A stretch of DNA of 42,762 nt from a virus. Taxonomy: Duplodnaviria > Caudoviricetes. Each line of letters starts with the position of its first letter. The stretch's first letter is position 1. The DNA is taken from IMG/VR virus record IMGVR_UViG_3300048891_000039, positions 1 through 42,762 of that record; one strand, given 5' to 3'. Of this stretch, positions 1 to 9,900 are shown in pieces. A program made the translations under genes and the position numbers. The notes under the pieces were generated by a model that made no database searches, was not told the origin of the DNA, and saw nothing but the letters and a program-made list of their open reading frames with translations.

Positions 1-44
1 TGCGCGGCGGGGCACCGCGTCAGGCGCCTAGCCTTTTGCCTACT

Positions 45-88
45 TGATGCGCGCCGCGATAACTGACGGCCGAAGTGCTTGATAACTG
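45..88 (+). repeat. Left end: terminal TG plus two putative transposase-binding sites
   Basis: GATAACTG at 58-65 (13 nt after position 44) and at 81-88, 23-bp period; mirrors the right end. Confidence 0.85.
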
Positions 89-157
89 CCTCCACATAAA
101 ATTTCGCCACACGAAACAAAATGCCGCATGGCGAAACTATAGCACCGGCTTCGACCC

Positions 158-925
158 TCACCAGTTCCGGTAGATCATCTCGCCGACCGGCTTGCTCTTG
201 TCCTTTCCGTTGATCGAATACGTGTGTGCCACGCGCTTCGATTTGAACGGCTTGAACACCTGCCTCATCGCCGGGTGATCGTTGATGCTCAACACCGCTT
301 TGCCAGCCATCGAGCCCATTGCCGCGGCCAGGCGCTCGTACTGCTCAAACCCGAACTCGACGCCATAGCCCTCGGTCTGCCAGTACGGTGGGTCGAAGTA
401 GAACGCGGTGTCGGCCGAGTCGTAGCGCTTGACCAGCAGCGACCATTCCGAGCGCTCGATGGTCACCCTGGAAAGGCGCAGATGCGCCTGGCTTAGCGTC
501 TCCTCAAGCCGCAGGAGGTTCAGCGCGGCCGGCGCGGTGTGGTGATAGCCGAAACTCTGGCCGGCGACCTTGCCGCCAAAGGTGAGCTTCTGGAGGTAGA
601 AAAACCGCGCCGCGCGCTGGATATCGGTCAGGGTTTCAGGGTGCTGCATCTGCGCCCAGGCGAACATCTCGCGCGAGGTCAAGGCCCAGCGGAATTGCCG
701 CACGAATTCGTCGAGGTGATGCTGCACGCAGCGATAGAGCCGCACGAGCTCGCCGTTAATATCGTTGAGCACTTCAACGCGGGCCGGCTCCCGCTCGAAC
801 AAGACCGCCGCGCCGCCGGCGAACGCCTCGACGTAGCAGCGGTGCGGGACGCCCTGAATGATGGGCAGCAGGTGCTTCAGCAGCCGGCGCTTGCCGCCGG
901 GCCACGGGATGATAGGGTGAGCCAC
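158..925 (-). CDS. dam: D12-class N6-adenine DNA methyltransferase (Dam-like), 255 aa
   Basis: PWPGGKRRL, EAFAGGAAV (SAM binding), ND.NGEL and DPPY motifs; GTG start at 925 after GGAG; occupies the terminal mom-like position. Confidence 0.93.
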   Translation of the reverse strand: MAHPIIPWPGGKRRLLKHLLPIIQGVPHRCYVEAFAGGAAVLFEREPARVEVLNDINGELVRLYRCVQHHLDEFVRQFRWALTSREMFAWAQMQHPETLTDIQRAARFFYLQKLTFGGKVAGQSFGYHHTAPAALNLLRLEETLSQAHLRLSRVTIERSEWSLLVKRYDSADTAFYFDPPYWQTEGYGVEFGFEQYERLAAAMGSMAGKAVLSINDHPAMRQVFKPFKSKRVAHTYSINGKDKSKPVGEMIYRNW

Positions 926-943
926 TTTCTTCTCCGTTTTGGT

Positions 944-1060
944 AGGCTTCCCCTGCCTCAGCTGGGGCGGGGAGCCTTGCTTGGGCTCACGGGCGTATCT
1001 CCCGTGTGTTTCGAGGGCCAGCGCGTGTTGACGCACGATCTGGCCGCTCCCTCTTTTTCT
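944..1060. ncRNA. Structured RNA element in the methylase leader (cis switch or antisense RNA)
   Basis: Hairpins 944-977, 988-1006 and 1016-1045; long-range pair GGGAGC(970-975)/GCTCCC(1046-1051); T-run after it on +. Confidence 0.5.
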
Positions 1061-1062
1061 CG

Positions 1063-1941
1063 TTACTGCGCGAGCAGCGCGGGCGTCTCCTTGATCTTGG
1101 CCGAGCACCCGAATTTGGCGCCGCTGGTGTGGGCGATCTTGGTCAGCTGGCACGTGCCGAAGGCTGCAGTGGAATGAAGCAGCTCGACGTCAATGTTTCC
1201 GCTGGCGTCCTTCCACCAGGGGATGAAGATCGAGGTATTGCCCCGGCCGATCAGCCGCTTCAGCTGCTTGAAATTCGGCGTGCTGCCGGCACGGAAGACG
1301 TCGCTCGTATCGACCAGCGGCATCGTCACGGGAAGCGTGTCGCCGGGCGGGAACGGTGTCGGCCACGGTTGGCCGTCCATCGACACCGGCACGGCGTCGT
1401 CGGGCTCGTCGATCTCCCACGCCTTGTCAATGTACACATCGAGGCCCGGACTGGCCCACGCATCGCCCTGGTCGACGTAGCCGCTCGCGGCGAGATTCGC
1501 CACGCCGTTCTGGTCATTCCAAAGGCGCATGTTGAAGCCCACGATCGGATCGAGGCCGACGTCGGTCTTACCCAAGGCGACCATGCTGCCATCGCCGCGC
1601 TCATAGCTGCGCACCAGGGCCGTATTGCCGCCCAGCGAATACGTGAAGCCGGCATCGCCGACCCGCTTGCCCATGAAGGAAAACTTCAAGCCGGCCGAGC
1701 TCGCCAGGCCGAGCAGATTCAGGCCGACCAGGCCGACCAGGCCAGGCACGAACGCCGTCGCCCTGGTGAACTGGAGATCGACATACTCGGTGATCACGCC
1801 GGTCCATGACGACGGCAGGCGCAAGCGCGTGGGATCGGCCGGCCGGCCGTTGAACAACGCGGCCGGATCGGTCACCAGTGCGGCGCCCGTGCCCACGACG
1901 GCAACGGCAAAATCGGTCGGCCGCGAATGTGCGATGAACAT
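1063..1941 (-). CDS. Putative tail-tip protein, 292 aa
   Basis: Last gene of the tail operon; ATG 2 nt after the upstream stop; function inferred from position only. Confidence 0.6.
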   Translation of the reverse strand: MFIAHSRPTDFAVAVVGTGAALVTDPAALFNGRPADPTRLRLPSSWTGVITEYVDLQFTRATAFVPGLVGLVGLNLLGLASSAGLKFSFMGKRVGDAGFTYSLGGNTALVRSYERGDGSMVALGKTDVGLDPIVGFNMRLWNDQNGVANLAASGYVDQGDAWASPGLDVYIDKAWEIDEPDDAVPVSMDGQPWPTPFPPGDTLPVTMPLVDTSDVFRAGSTPNFKQLKRLIGRGNTSIFIPWWKDASGNIDVELLHSTAAFGTCQLTKIAHTSGAKFGCSAKIKETPALLAQ

Positions 1942-1943
1942 GG

Positions 1944-4577
1944 CTATGCAGCTCCCCAGAAAATGCAATTTGCGCTCTGCTCGCTCGGCTTCTTCGGGCT
2001 GAATCCGAGCAGCACCAGTTTCTTCACCCAGATCGTCTGCAGCACGCCGTCCAGGAACCCGCGATAGGTGATCTGGTAGACGCCGCCGATGCGCAGCGGC
2101 CGACCGAACGGCTCGAACACCTCGCCGATATAGAACGCGCGGTCGATGGCGTAGAGGCCGCAGGCGTGATCGATGAACGCCTGGCCGTGCTCCTTGCGGT
2201 CAAGGCTCGTCTTGATCGGGTCGCGGCCATATGCCTTCGCGTAGCGCGGCGCAAGGCGCACGCGCGAGGTAACCGTCCACTGATAGTCCGCCGCGAGCAA
2301 TGCGCGCACCGCCAGCGGGGTATCGCTCAGCGACGTGCTGCCATATTCGCTCGCGGTCAACGGGTCATAGTTGCGGCAACCGCTGGCGCTGGTGGTCAGC
2401 TCCTCGGCGTCGTCATCGACCGGCAGAAGCGGCGTCTTGAAGTCCGTCGGGTAGACCAGGGTGCCGTCGAGATCGCCATCGGCCACATCCTCCGGCTTGC
2501 TCGCGCGCACCACGCGATAGTCGCCCGACTCATCGTTGAACATGGCAGCCGTCGTCGAGTCGAGGTACAGCTTGAGCAGCTCGTCGATGTTCGGTGATTC
2601 CGAGCTGCGCACGCGCACGCCATAGACAAAGCCGGTCACCGCGTCGATCGCCTGCGCGTCTGCCGTCGCGTACTCGGCCAGGTCAACCGGGCCGCGATCG
2701 ACCATCGTGCCGCGGATCATGCCGTCGAGGCCGGGACCGTCGAGCACGACGTTGTCGGTCACCGCAGGCAGCTCATTGATCACGATCGAGCGAATGCCGA
2801 GAAAGTTGAACGCCATCGCATCCGTGATGAAGTAGTAGATGTCATTGAACACGACGACGATGCAGAGCGGCTGATCGGCATCCGACTCGACGGTAAACAC
2901 GCCCGAATAAACACCGATGTGCGTCAGCGGAAATTCCGCGTAGCGCCCCAGCGCGTACAACCCCGCACGATCGTTGTGTGGCGTCAGATAGAGCCGCGCC
3001 GGCGGCTGCACGGTGCCGTCGAATGTGTGATCGGAATAAAAGGGAACATTGCGCACGTCGAGCTTGTACGCGTAGGTGCGGCGCGCCTGCAGCAGCGGCG
3101 TGTCGAGTTTCTGCCGAACGATCAGGCCCGGCTGGGAGACGCACTTCAGGAATTGATCGGACGTCGTGTCGATGAAGAAGCGCTCCGTCACCGTCATGTC
3201 GGTGTCGGTCGCTTCCGGGTTGGTCCAGCCATCCGGCACGAAGTAGGTGGCATCGAAGCCGCACGTCGTGAAATCGCCTTGCGCCGTGATGTAGTCCGGC
3301 GCGACCGGATCGAACGAGCCGCCAAAGCTGGTCGCCTCGAACGTCGGGCGGCCATCGGTGTCGGCGTCGAACGTCACGCCGCGCCCGTCCGTCGTCTCCT
3401 CGAAGTCCGTGCCGTAGACCTTTTGCTTGCCGGCCACGCGCACTCGGCCGAACGCCGTGGTCACGCGATCGCCCATCGCGTATCGCCGGGTGGGCGCATC
3501 TTCCAGCTCAGCGGTGAACGTCCGCGCGATACCGATCAATGCCGGCCGATACTTGCCGGCAACGCTCGGATCTGCCGTCGGCGGAAACAGCTCGCGTTCG
3601 AGCGGCACGGCAAGCAGCGACATCTTGTCGCGCAGATACACGTTCCAGATCTGCGGCGAGGCCAGCTCGGCATGATCAAGGACGCCGACATAGACTGGCT
3701 CGGCCGTCGCGATCGCCGAGTACAACGGCACGCGCAGGAGCGGCACGCGCTTGCCCTTGGCGTTGGCGTTGCGCAGGCGGACGTAGCGGCCATTCGGATC
3801 ATTGAACTGCACCTGCACCAGGCCGCCACTACCGAGCTCGGCCGGCGCGCTCTGGCCCATCATCCAGTAGCGAATGCCGACCGAGATCGCGATCGGATTT
3901 TGGGCGCGATCGATCACGCCGTCATACTTCTCGTGCGGCACCACATCGTCCGGCGCCGTGATGTACGGCTCCGTCGACGCCAGAATTGGCGCGATCGTGC
4001 CGCTGGGCGCCCACCAGCCAAGGTCGCCGGGAGGATATGGCATCGGCGTGTCGCCGGGATTCGCCTCGACGGCGAGCTGGCCGACATCGCCGCTCACAGT
4101 GGCCGCGTAGAACCATTCCTGGCCGGCCGGGATGTCGAAGGTCGCGCCGATCTGCACGCCATCGACCCTGATCGTCGCCGTGTCGTCAGGCAACACAGTC
4201 CATTGCACGTTCTTGCCGAGCGCCACCGTGACGCCAAGGTCGACGAGCACGGCGTTGTTGCTGTAGACCTTGCCGTCGCCGCGGCAAAAGCCGAGGCCGT
4301 GCGCGTCCTCGCCGAGGAACTTGTTCGCTGCCGCGGCGGCCGTGCAAATGCCCTCCAGCAATGGCGGCACGCCGGCTGTCGGCGTCAGTGCCGGCGGCGA
4401 TCCGCTCGGCGACCAGGCGAAGAAGTTGATCGCGCTCGCGGCCGTGATCGCGATCGTCGATCGTGCCATGCGGTGTGGGTTGCATGTCGTCGACACCTGC
4501 AGCACGTGGTCGGTTTCACTCAGCGCGAGATCCGCACCGAGCGAGGGTTCGTCGAAAGTGGAATAAAGGCGCGTCAT
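1944..4577 (-). CDS. Tail-tip/hub protein with N-terminal SPRY-like domain, 877 aa
   Basis: ATGA-coupled to the upstream gene; FLGEDAHGLGF..DGKVYSNN resembles SPRY/B30.2; large beta-rich protein in the tail module. Confidence 0.65.
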   Translation of the reverse strand: MTRLYSTFDEPSLGADLALSETDHVLQVSTTCNPHRMARSTIAITAASAINFFAWSPSGSPPALTPTAGVPPLLEGICTAAAAANKFLGEDAHGLGFCRGDGKVYSNNAVLVDLGVTVALGKNVQWTVLPDDTATIRVDGVQIGATFDIPAGQEWFYAATVSGDVGQLAVEANPGDTPMPYPPGDLGWWAPSGTIAPILASTEPYITAPDDVVPHEKYDGVIDRAQNPIAISVGIRYWMMGQSAPAELGSGGLVQVQFNDPNGRYVRLRNANAKGKRVPLLRVPLYSAIATAEPVYVGVLDHAELASPQIWNVYLRDKMSLLAVPLERELFPPTADPSVAGKYRPALIGIARTFTAELEDAPTRRYAMGDRVTTAFGRVRVAGKQKVYGTDFEETTDGRGVTFDADTDGRPTFEATSFGGSFDPVAPDYITAQGDFTTCGFDATYFVPDGWTNPEATDTDMTVTERFFIDTTSDQFLKCVSQPGLIVRQKLDTPLLQARRTYAYKLDVRNVPFYSDHTFDGTVQPPARLYLTPHNDRAGLYALGRYAEFPLTHIGVYSGVFTVESDADQPLCIVVVFNDIYYFITDAMAFNFLGIRSIVINELPAVTDNVVLDGPGLDGMIRGTMVDRGPVDLAEYATADAQAIDAVTGFVYGVRVRSSESPNIDELLKLYLDSTTAAMFNDESGDYRVVRASKPEDVADGDLDGTLVYPTDFKTPLLPVDDDAEELTTSASGCRNYDPLTASEYGSTSLSDTPLAVRALLAADYQWTVTSRVRLAPRYAKAYGRDPIKTSLDRKEHGQAFIDHACGLYAIDRAFYIGEVFEPFGRPLRIGGVYQITYRGFLDGVLQTIWVKKLVLLGFSPKKPSEQSANCIFWGAA

Positions 4578-6988
4578 GAGTCGGGGAACGCGTCTGCGGG
4601 TGGAGTGAAATTAGACCCGCGATTGCGAACATCGCCCAGCAGGACGCGAAACTGCTGCCCGTACCCAGTGAATTGACTCGGTGCGTTAGCCGCATCGCCG
4701 GTGCCAATAACGAATTTGATGCCGCTGGTGTTTGGAAACGCGGAGGTGCCGTTGGCGCCGGTCAGGCTGACATAGGTCCCGCCGATGGCGATCTCCAGCG
4801 TCAGCACCCCAGAAATGAGCCGTCGCTGAACTCGAACAAACGTCCACGCGTTCGCAGGAACAGTTGCGCTGGTGACGACATCGATAAAGCTAGAGCCATT
4901 GTTAGCAGCGAACCTCAAGGTCGCATCGGCTTTTCGGCGCAAAAGCCAAAAATTGGTGCCGGCGCCCGAACCGCGATGGCACATCACTTCGCCGTCAGTT
5001 GCTGACGTCGGATAAATCCAGCTATCAATGCAAAATTCATTGCTTCCAAAAGCGTGCGCCCATGCGGCGGCGGTCTGAATGCCAGCGGTGCCTGGGAAGG
5101 CAACGCTCGAACCGCCGTACTTTGCTTGTGCGGTGCTCGTTGTGGCGCCAGTGAACACCGTCCAACTTGTGCCCTTTTGATCGGTAATAACGGTGCCACC
5201 GTTCGCACCGTTTCCGTGTAGAGCCAAGATTACATTGGCCCATTTGTCATCCTGGCGCGTGAGCGACTGACTGGCACTGACCGAAGTAGCGCCGAGCGAA
5301 TCGGTCACCCCAACGGTGAACGTCGACGTTGTCCCGCTCGTGCACGTGCCGGAGAGCACCAGATTCGTTCCGCTGATCGAAAGCGAGAGACCCGATGGCA
5401 GCGCGCCAGAAATGACGCCTGTGCCACCGGTCAACGAGAAGCTTCCGTTGCCGCCTGTGATGGGAATGCTCTGGCTGTACGACACTCCGTCGTAGAGCGG
5501 CGAGGCGAACGTCGACGTGCCCAATGACAGCGCGGCATAGTCATTGAACGACTGCGCGCTTGTCGCGTTCTGGCCATCGGTGGAATCGACCGAGAAGGTC
5601 ACGGCGTCCGGCACGGCCGATGCGGTCGGCGTTCCCGAAACGCGCAGCTTATAAGTGCCCGAAACGTTGACGATGGAGAGCGCCAAACCGGACGCAAGCG
5701 AACCTGAGCTAATGCCGGTGCCACCGTGCAATGTATAAGGCGCGGTGCCGCCGCTGATCGTCAGATCGCTCTGATAGGCAACGCCGACCTCGGCATTCGC
5801 AAGCGCTCCCGAGATCGCCAGCGCGGCGTTTACGGTGATCGATTGGGCTCCCGTAACGTTCTGGCCATCACCGCTGTCGATCGACAACGTGAACGCATTC
5901 GCTGCCGCCGTCGTCGGCGTGCCGCTGAGGCGTGCGTACTTGAGGCTGGACACCGTGACAATTGATAGCGCCAGGCCACCGGGCAATGCGCCCGACGAGA
6001 TGCCCGTGCCGCCATGCAGTGAATACGTGCCGTCGCCGCCGCCGAGCAAGATGTCGCTCTGGTAGGCGATCCCGACAACAGCGGCTGAAGCGAACGTGCC
6101 GGTCAACGTGAGCGCCGGATCTTCGGTGACCGACTGAGAATGCGTGGCTGTGACCACGGAGCCGTCGACCTCGTGAGCATCGACTGCGACAGTGATGCTT
6201 GCCGTGACATGTGTCGTCGGCGTCCCGGACAAGCGCAGATATTTCGATCCGCTCACCGTGACGATCGACAGAGCCAGCCCGGCAGGCAGGTTCGCGCTCG
6301 TGCAGCGCGGGTTGCTATAGATCCCATCGCCGCCGGTGATCAGGATGTCGCTCTGATAGGCAACGCCAATGATGCCCAGCGCCGTGAATGCCCCGGTCAA
6401 GGTGATCACGGGATAACGGATGATTGCGCTGTCGAAGAAGGTGGCAGATACGTTGCCGAGCGAATCGGTGACCTGGATTCCCCACGTATAGGCGCCGACC
6501 GAAGTAGGCACCCGCGTCCATACGCCGGTCGAAGGATTGAGCGTCCACCCTAGGGGCGACGTGCCCACAACCACGTGCCAGTCGTATCCAGTGCCCGAGC
6601 CGCCGCTGATGCCATAGCTGTAGGAATCCGAGTCGCCGACGCGCATGTCTCCCGCGTCGCCGGTGATGACGATCGGCAGCACCTGCACCGTCAGCACGAA
6701 CGATGCGGTGACCGGATTGCGATCGCCGTCGAGCCCGGTCACCGTGATCGGATACAAACCCGACGCCGTCGAGATGCCAGCGAACGTGAGCGTGCCATCG
6801 CCGTTGTCGGTGGCGATGATGCCGGCCGGCAGCACGAGCGCGCCGGGGTCGTCATACACCAGCGTGCCGACGCCGCCGATTTGAAACAGCGTTTCGCTGT
6901 ATGCAACGCCATAGATGATCGGCGGCAACACGCCGCCGATGCGCAGCTCGGCGGCAATGCTCATGAGCACGGCGATGCGTCCGGCCAT
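4574..6988 (-). CDS. Tail fibre/adhesin with tandem putative Ig-like repeats and C-terminal LamG/ConA-like domain, 804 aa
   Basis: About 97-aa repeats (VG.AYQSD....GG...Y....G.L..GLALS.......LSGTPT); C-terminal WANVILALHGNG..TAQAKYGGSS..FCIDSWIYP typical of phage LamG domains. Confidence 0.8.
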   Translation of the reverse strand: MAGRIAVLMSIAAELRIGGVLPPIIYGVAYSETLFQIGGVGTLVYDDPGALVLPAGIIATDNGDGTLTFAGISTASGLYPITVTGLDGDRNPVTASFVLTVQVLPIVITGDAGDMRVGDSDSYSYGISGGSGTGYDWHVVVGTSPLGWTLNPSTGVWTRVPTSVGAYTWGIQVTDSLGNVSATFFDSAIIRYPVITLTGAFTALGIIGVAYQSDILITGGDGIYSNPRCTSANLPAGLALSIVTVSGSKYLRLSGTPTTHVTASITVAVDAHEVDGSVVTATHSQSVTEDPALTLTGTFASAAVVGIAYQSDILLGGGDGTYSLHGGTGISSGALPGGLALSIVTVSSLKYARLSGTPTTAAANAFTLSIDSGDGQNVTGAQSITVNAALAISGALANAEVGVAYQSDLTISGGTAPYTLHGGTGISSGSLASGLALSIVNVSGTYKLRVSGTPTASAVPDAVTFSVDSTDGQNATSAQSFNDYAALSLGTSTFASPLYDGVSYSQSIPITGGNGSFSLTGGTGVISGALPSGLSLSISGTNLVLSGTCTSGTTSTFTVGVTDSLGATSVSASQSLTRQDDKWANVILALHGNGANGGTVITDQKGTSWTVFTGATTSTAQAKYGGSSVAFPGTAGIQTAAAWAHAFGSNEFCIDSWIYPTSATDGEVMCHRGSGAGTNFWLLRRKADATLRFAANNGSSFIDVVTSATVPANAWTFVRVQRRLISGVLTLEIAIGGTYVSLTGANGTSAFPNTSGIKFVIGTGDAANAPSQFTGYGQQFRVLLGDVRNRGSNFTPPADAFPDS

Positions 6989-9900
6989 CAGCTGAACGCT
7001 CGATCAGTCTTCTGCTGCATGCCCCAACGATTGACCGCCGCGGTGTTCTGCACGATCGCCGCCGTGTTGCGGTCGATCGCTGCTGCGACATCACTGCCGT
7101 TATTGGCCAGCGCCGCGGGAATGCCGCTCACTGCATCGCCCACGCGACCGATCTGCTTGCCGACGTCGCCACCATCATCGCCACCGCGGCCGTTCGCCGG
7201 AGGCGGCGTAGCTGGCGCACCACGCGCCGGCTGCGGCGTGACGGTGATCGGCCCAGTCGCCGTGCGCGCGCCCGGCTTGCCGCCAGGTGCGGCCGTCTGT
7301 GCGGTGTTGGGATCGGTCTGGCCGAAGTCGCTCTGCTTGGTGTACGTCAGCGGCGCGCCGCGCGCCTGGTCGAGGATGTCCTGCAGCAGCTTGTTCGTGA
7401 TATCGCTGGCGTTGAGAATGCCCTCGTTGATCTTTGCCTGGTCGACGAGCTTGCTCAGGTAGTCCTCGGTCGATTGACCGTTGAGTTTCAGGTCGGTGCC
7501 CAGCGCACCGAGCGGCACGCCGAGCTCCTTGAGCACGTCGTCGATGTTCTCGCCGGTGAAGGCCGAGATCTGCGCCGCGTTGTTGGCCAGCTGGAACGCG
7601 TCGAGATAGCGCGAATTGTCCTGCTGCTTGACCTGCGCGCCCTGCGCGTCCTGGATCTTCGAGATGTCGAAGACGTTGCCGGTTTTCTTGTAGTCGTCGT
7701 ACAGCGATTGCAGGTAGTCGGCGCCGTACAGCTTCGAGGCGAGCTGTTGCGTCTCCTGCTGGAGCTGCAGCAGCGCGTTGGCGCCCTGGATCGCGAACGT
7801 CTTGATGATCGTGGCGACGCCTTCGGCGCTCGCGCCCTGCAGGCCCTGCGCTTGCGCCAGGGCGTTCGCCTGGGCGATCGCCGCGCTGACCGAATCGCCC
7901 ATGCTGCGCACGGCCGATTCGAAGTTCGTCACGCCGTCGACCATGTCGCGGAACGGCTGGATGAACGCGGCATATTGCTGCGCCGCCGCCTGCGCCTGAT
8001 TCGCCGTCGTGCCCAGATCCGCGTTGACGACCGCTAGCGCCTCGCCGGCCTGCAGCCACTTGACGACGTCTTCGGGGCTGAGCGTGTCGAACACCGAAGT
8101 AAACGCAGCGCGGAACTGCGCCATCGATTCGTTCGGGTCCTGGCCGATCGCGGCGAACAGCTTGCTCTCGTTCGCCTGGTCGACCTTGAGCTTCGCCGCC
8201 GCCTGCTCGCTGCTCGAATAGTAGTTGGCGAAGTAGTCGGACCACAGCGTGTTGAGGTTGTCGAGGCTGCCCGCGGCCTTGACCATGTCGTCGCTAAACT
8301 CGACGAAGGAAGTGCCGGTCTTGCTGGTCGTGAGGCCGAGCTGGTCGAGCGTCGACTGCACGTCGATCGTCTCGGTCTGCAGGCGCACATACGTCTGCAC
8401 GAGCGACTCGCCGCTGACGTTGAGCTTCGCGACCTCGCCGGAAATATCGGTCAGCGATTTGTCGTCGCCCAGCAGCGACGTTCCGTTCTTGACATCAACC
8501 TCGGCGGCGACCAGCAGCTGCGCCGCGTCGTATAGCGTCTGTGCGTTGCTCTGGTATTTCGCCGCGATCTGCGAGGCTTCGTCCGTGCCGAGCGCCTTGT
8601 TCACCTGGGCGATCAGATTGTCGGCCAGCTCGCGCGCCTGGAAGTCGGTCGACGACTCGTTGTATACCTGCCCGAGGACCGTCGAGGTTTGCGTGATCAC
8701 CTTGCCGTTCTTGTCGAACGCCTGGTTGAACGCGCCGGTGATGACGTCGGCTACCGTAACGCCGAGCGCATCGGCCGCCGAAGTGCGCACCTGGTCGAGC
8801 TGCTTGTCGAACTGCGACAGCGCATCGAGCTGGTCCTGCGACGCCGGCGTCGAGACGTCCTTGTATTTGCCGCTCGAGAACAGCGCGCCGTGCTTGTGCT
8901 CCTGGTAGAAGTCCTGGACCGTGGAGCCTCCGGCACCGACGGTGATTTCCTGCGAGGTCTGCCCGGTCGGCTTGTAGTCGGTGCCGAACACGTTGCCGCC
9001 GGTGAGCGAATTGATCAGCGATGCAGCGGCGAACGCCCAGCCGACGACCGGGACGAAATAGGCGGCGGTGGCCGCGGCGGCGCCGGTGACAACACCACCG
9101 ACAGTGCTGCCGAACAGCTGCTTGCCGAGCTCGTAGCCGCCAAACGCGCCGCCGAGCACGGAGCCGACAGCGCCGCCCCAGCTACCGTTCGCGCCACCGA
9201 TCTGGTCAGCCAGGCTGCTGTTGAAAAATCCGGTGGATGCGCCCGCAGCGCTCGGCGCGTACTGCAGCGTGCCGGCTTCGTCGATCGCGTTGCTCGCACC
9301 GCCGAACGCGAAGTTGGAGAAGCCAGAAGCCAGGTTCTTGCCGGCATCGATCCACGAGCTCGGGCTGAAGAGGTTGAAGCCGCCGCCGCTTGCGGCCGCG
9401 CCGCCGCTGCTCGCATTGTTCAACAGCAATCCGAGCGCACCCTGCGCGGTCCCCAGATCCGGACGCGTGCCGCCGAATACCGAGTTCAGGATCGGATTGA
9501 TGATCGCGAGCTTCTCGAACTCGAAGATGATCTGCTCGACAACCTGCTTGGCCAGGTCGACCAGGTCCTTCATCACCGAGCCGCCCTCGATGATGTCCTT
9601 GTTAATCGCCTGGAACGCCTGGCCGAAATCCTGCTCGGCGGTCTGCGCCCAATCGCCGATCAGCGATCGCTCCTGCTGGAGCGTCGCCATGTAGTCGGCA
9701 TGCCCACGAGCGCGCTGCTTCAGTCCATCGAGTTCGGATAACAGCTGCTGTTTTCGGACAAGATCGCCGGCAGTCGCCGCGGCCTCGATCGCGTGCTGCA
9801 TATCGCGCTCGGCCTGCAGCTCCTGGGTTTCGAGGCTATGCGCTTTGCCTAAATCGGTGAGCGCGTCTTCCTCTTCCTTGTATCGCGCGAGCAGCTGCTG

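Noticed and set aside
39-44. 5- or 6-bp target site duplication
   Set aside because: Left CCTACT and right ACTTTT do not match beyond ACT
970-1051. tRNA gene
   Set aside because: Multi-stem fold, but no TTCGA T-loop, no canonical D-arm and no CCA; kept only as an unclassified structured RNA
926-1153. 76-aa N-terminal extension of the methylase ORF
   Set aside because: Overlaps the upstream gene and the structured leader; the methylase motifs and an RBS-GTG begin at 925
2919-4676. 585-aa + strand ORF
   Set aside because: Antisense shadow of the tail protein gene; Arg-rich with no motif, as expected at high GC
4574-6988. Diversity-generating retroelement or invertible fibre segment
   Set aside because: No reverse transcriptase, invertase, template/variable repeat pair or flanking inverted sites seen
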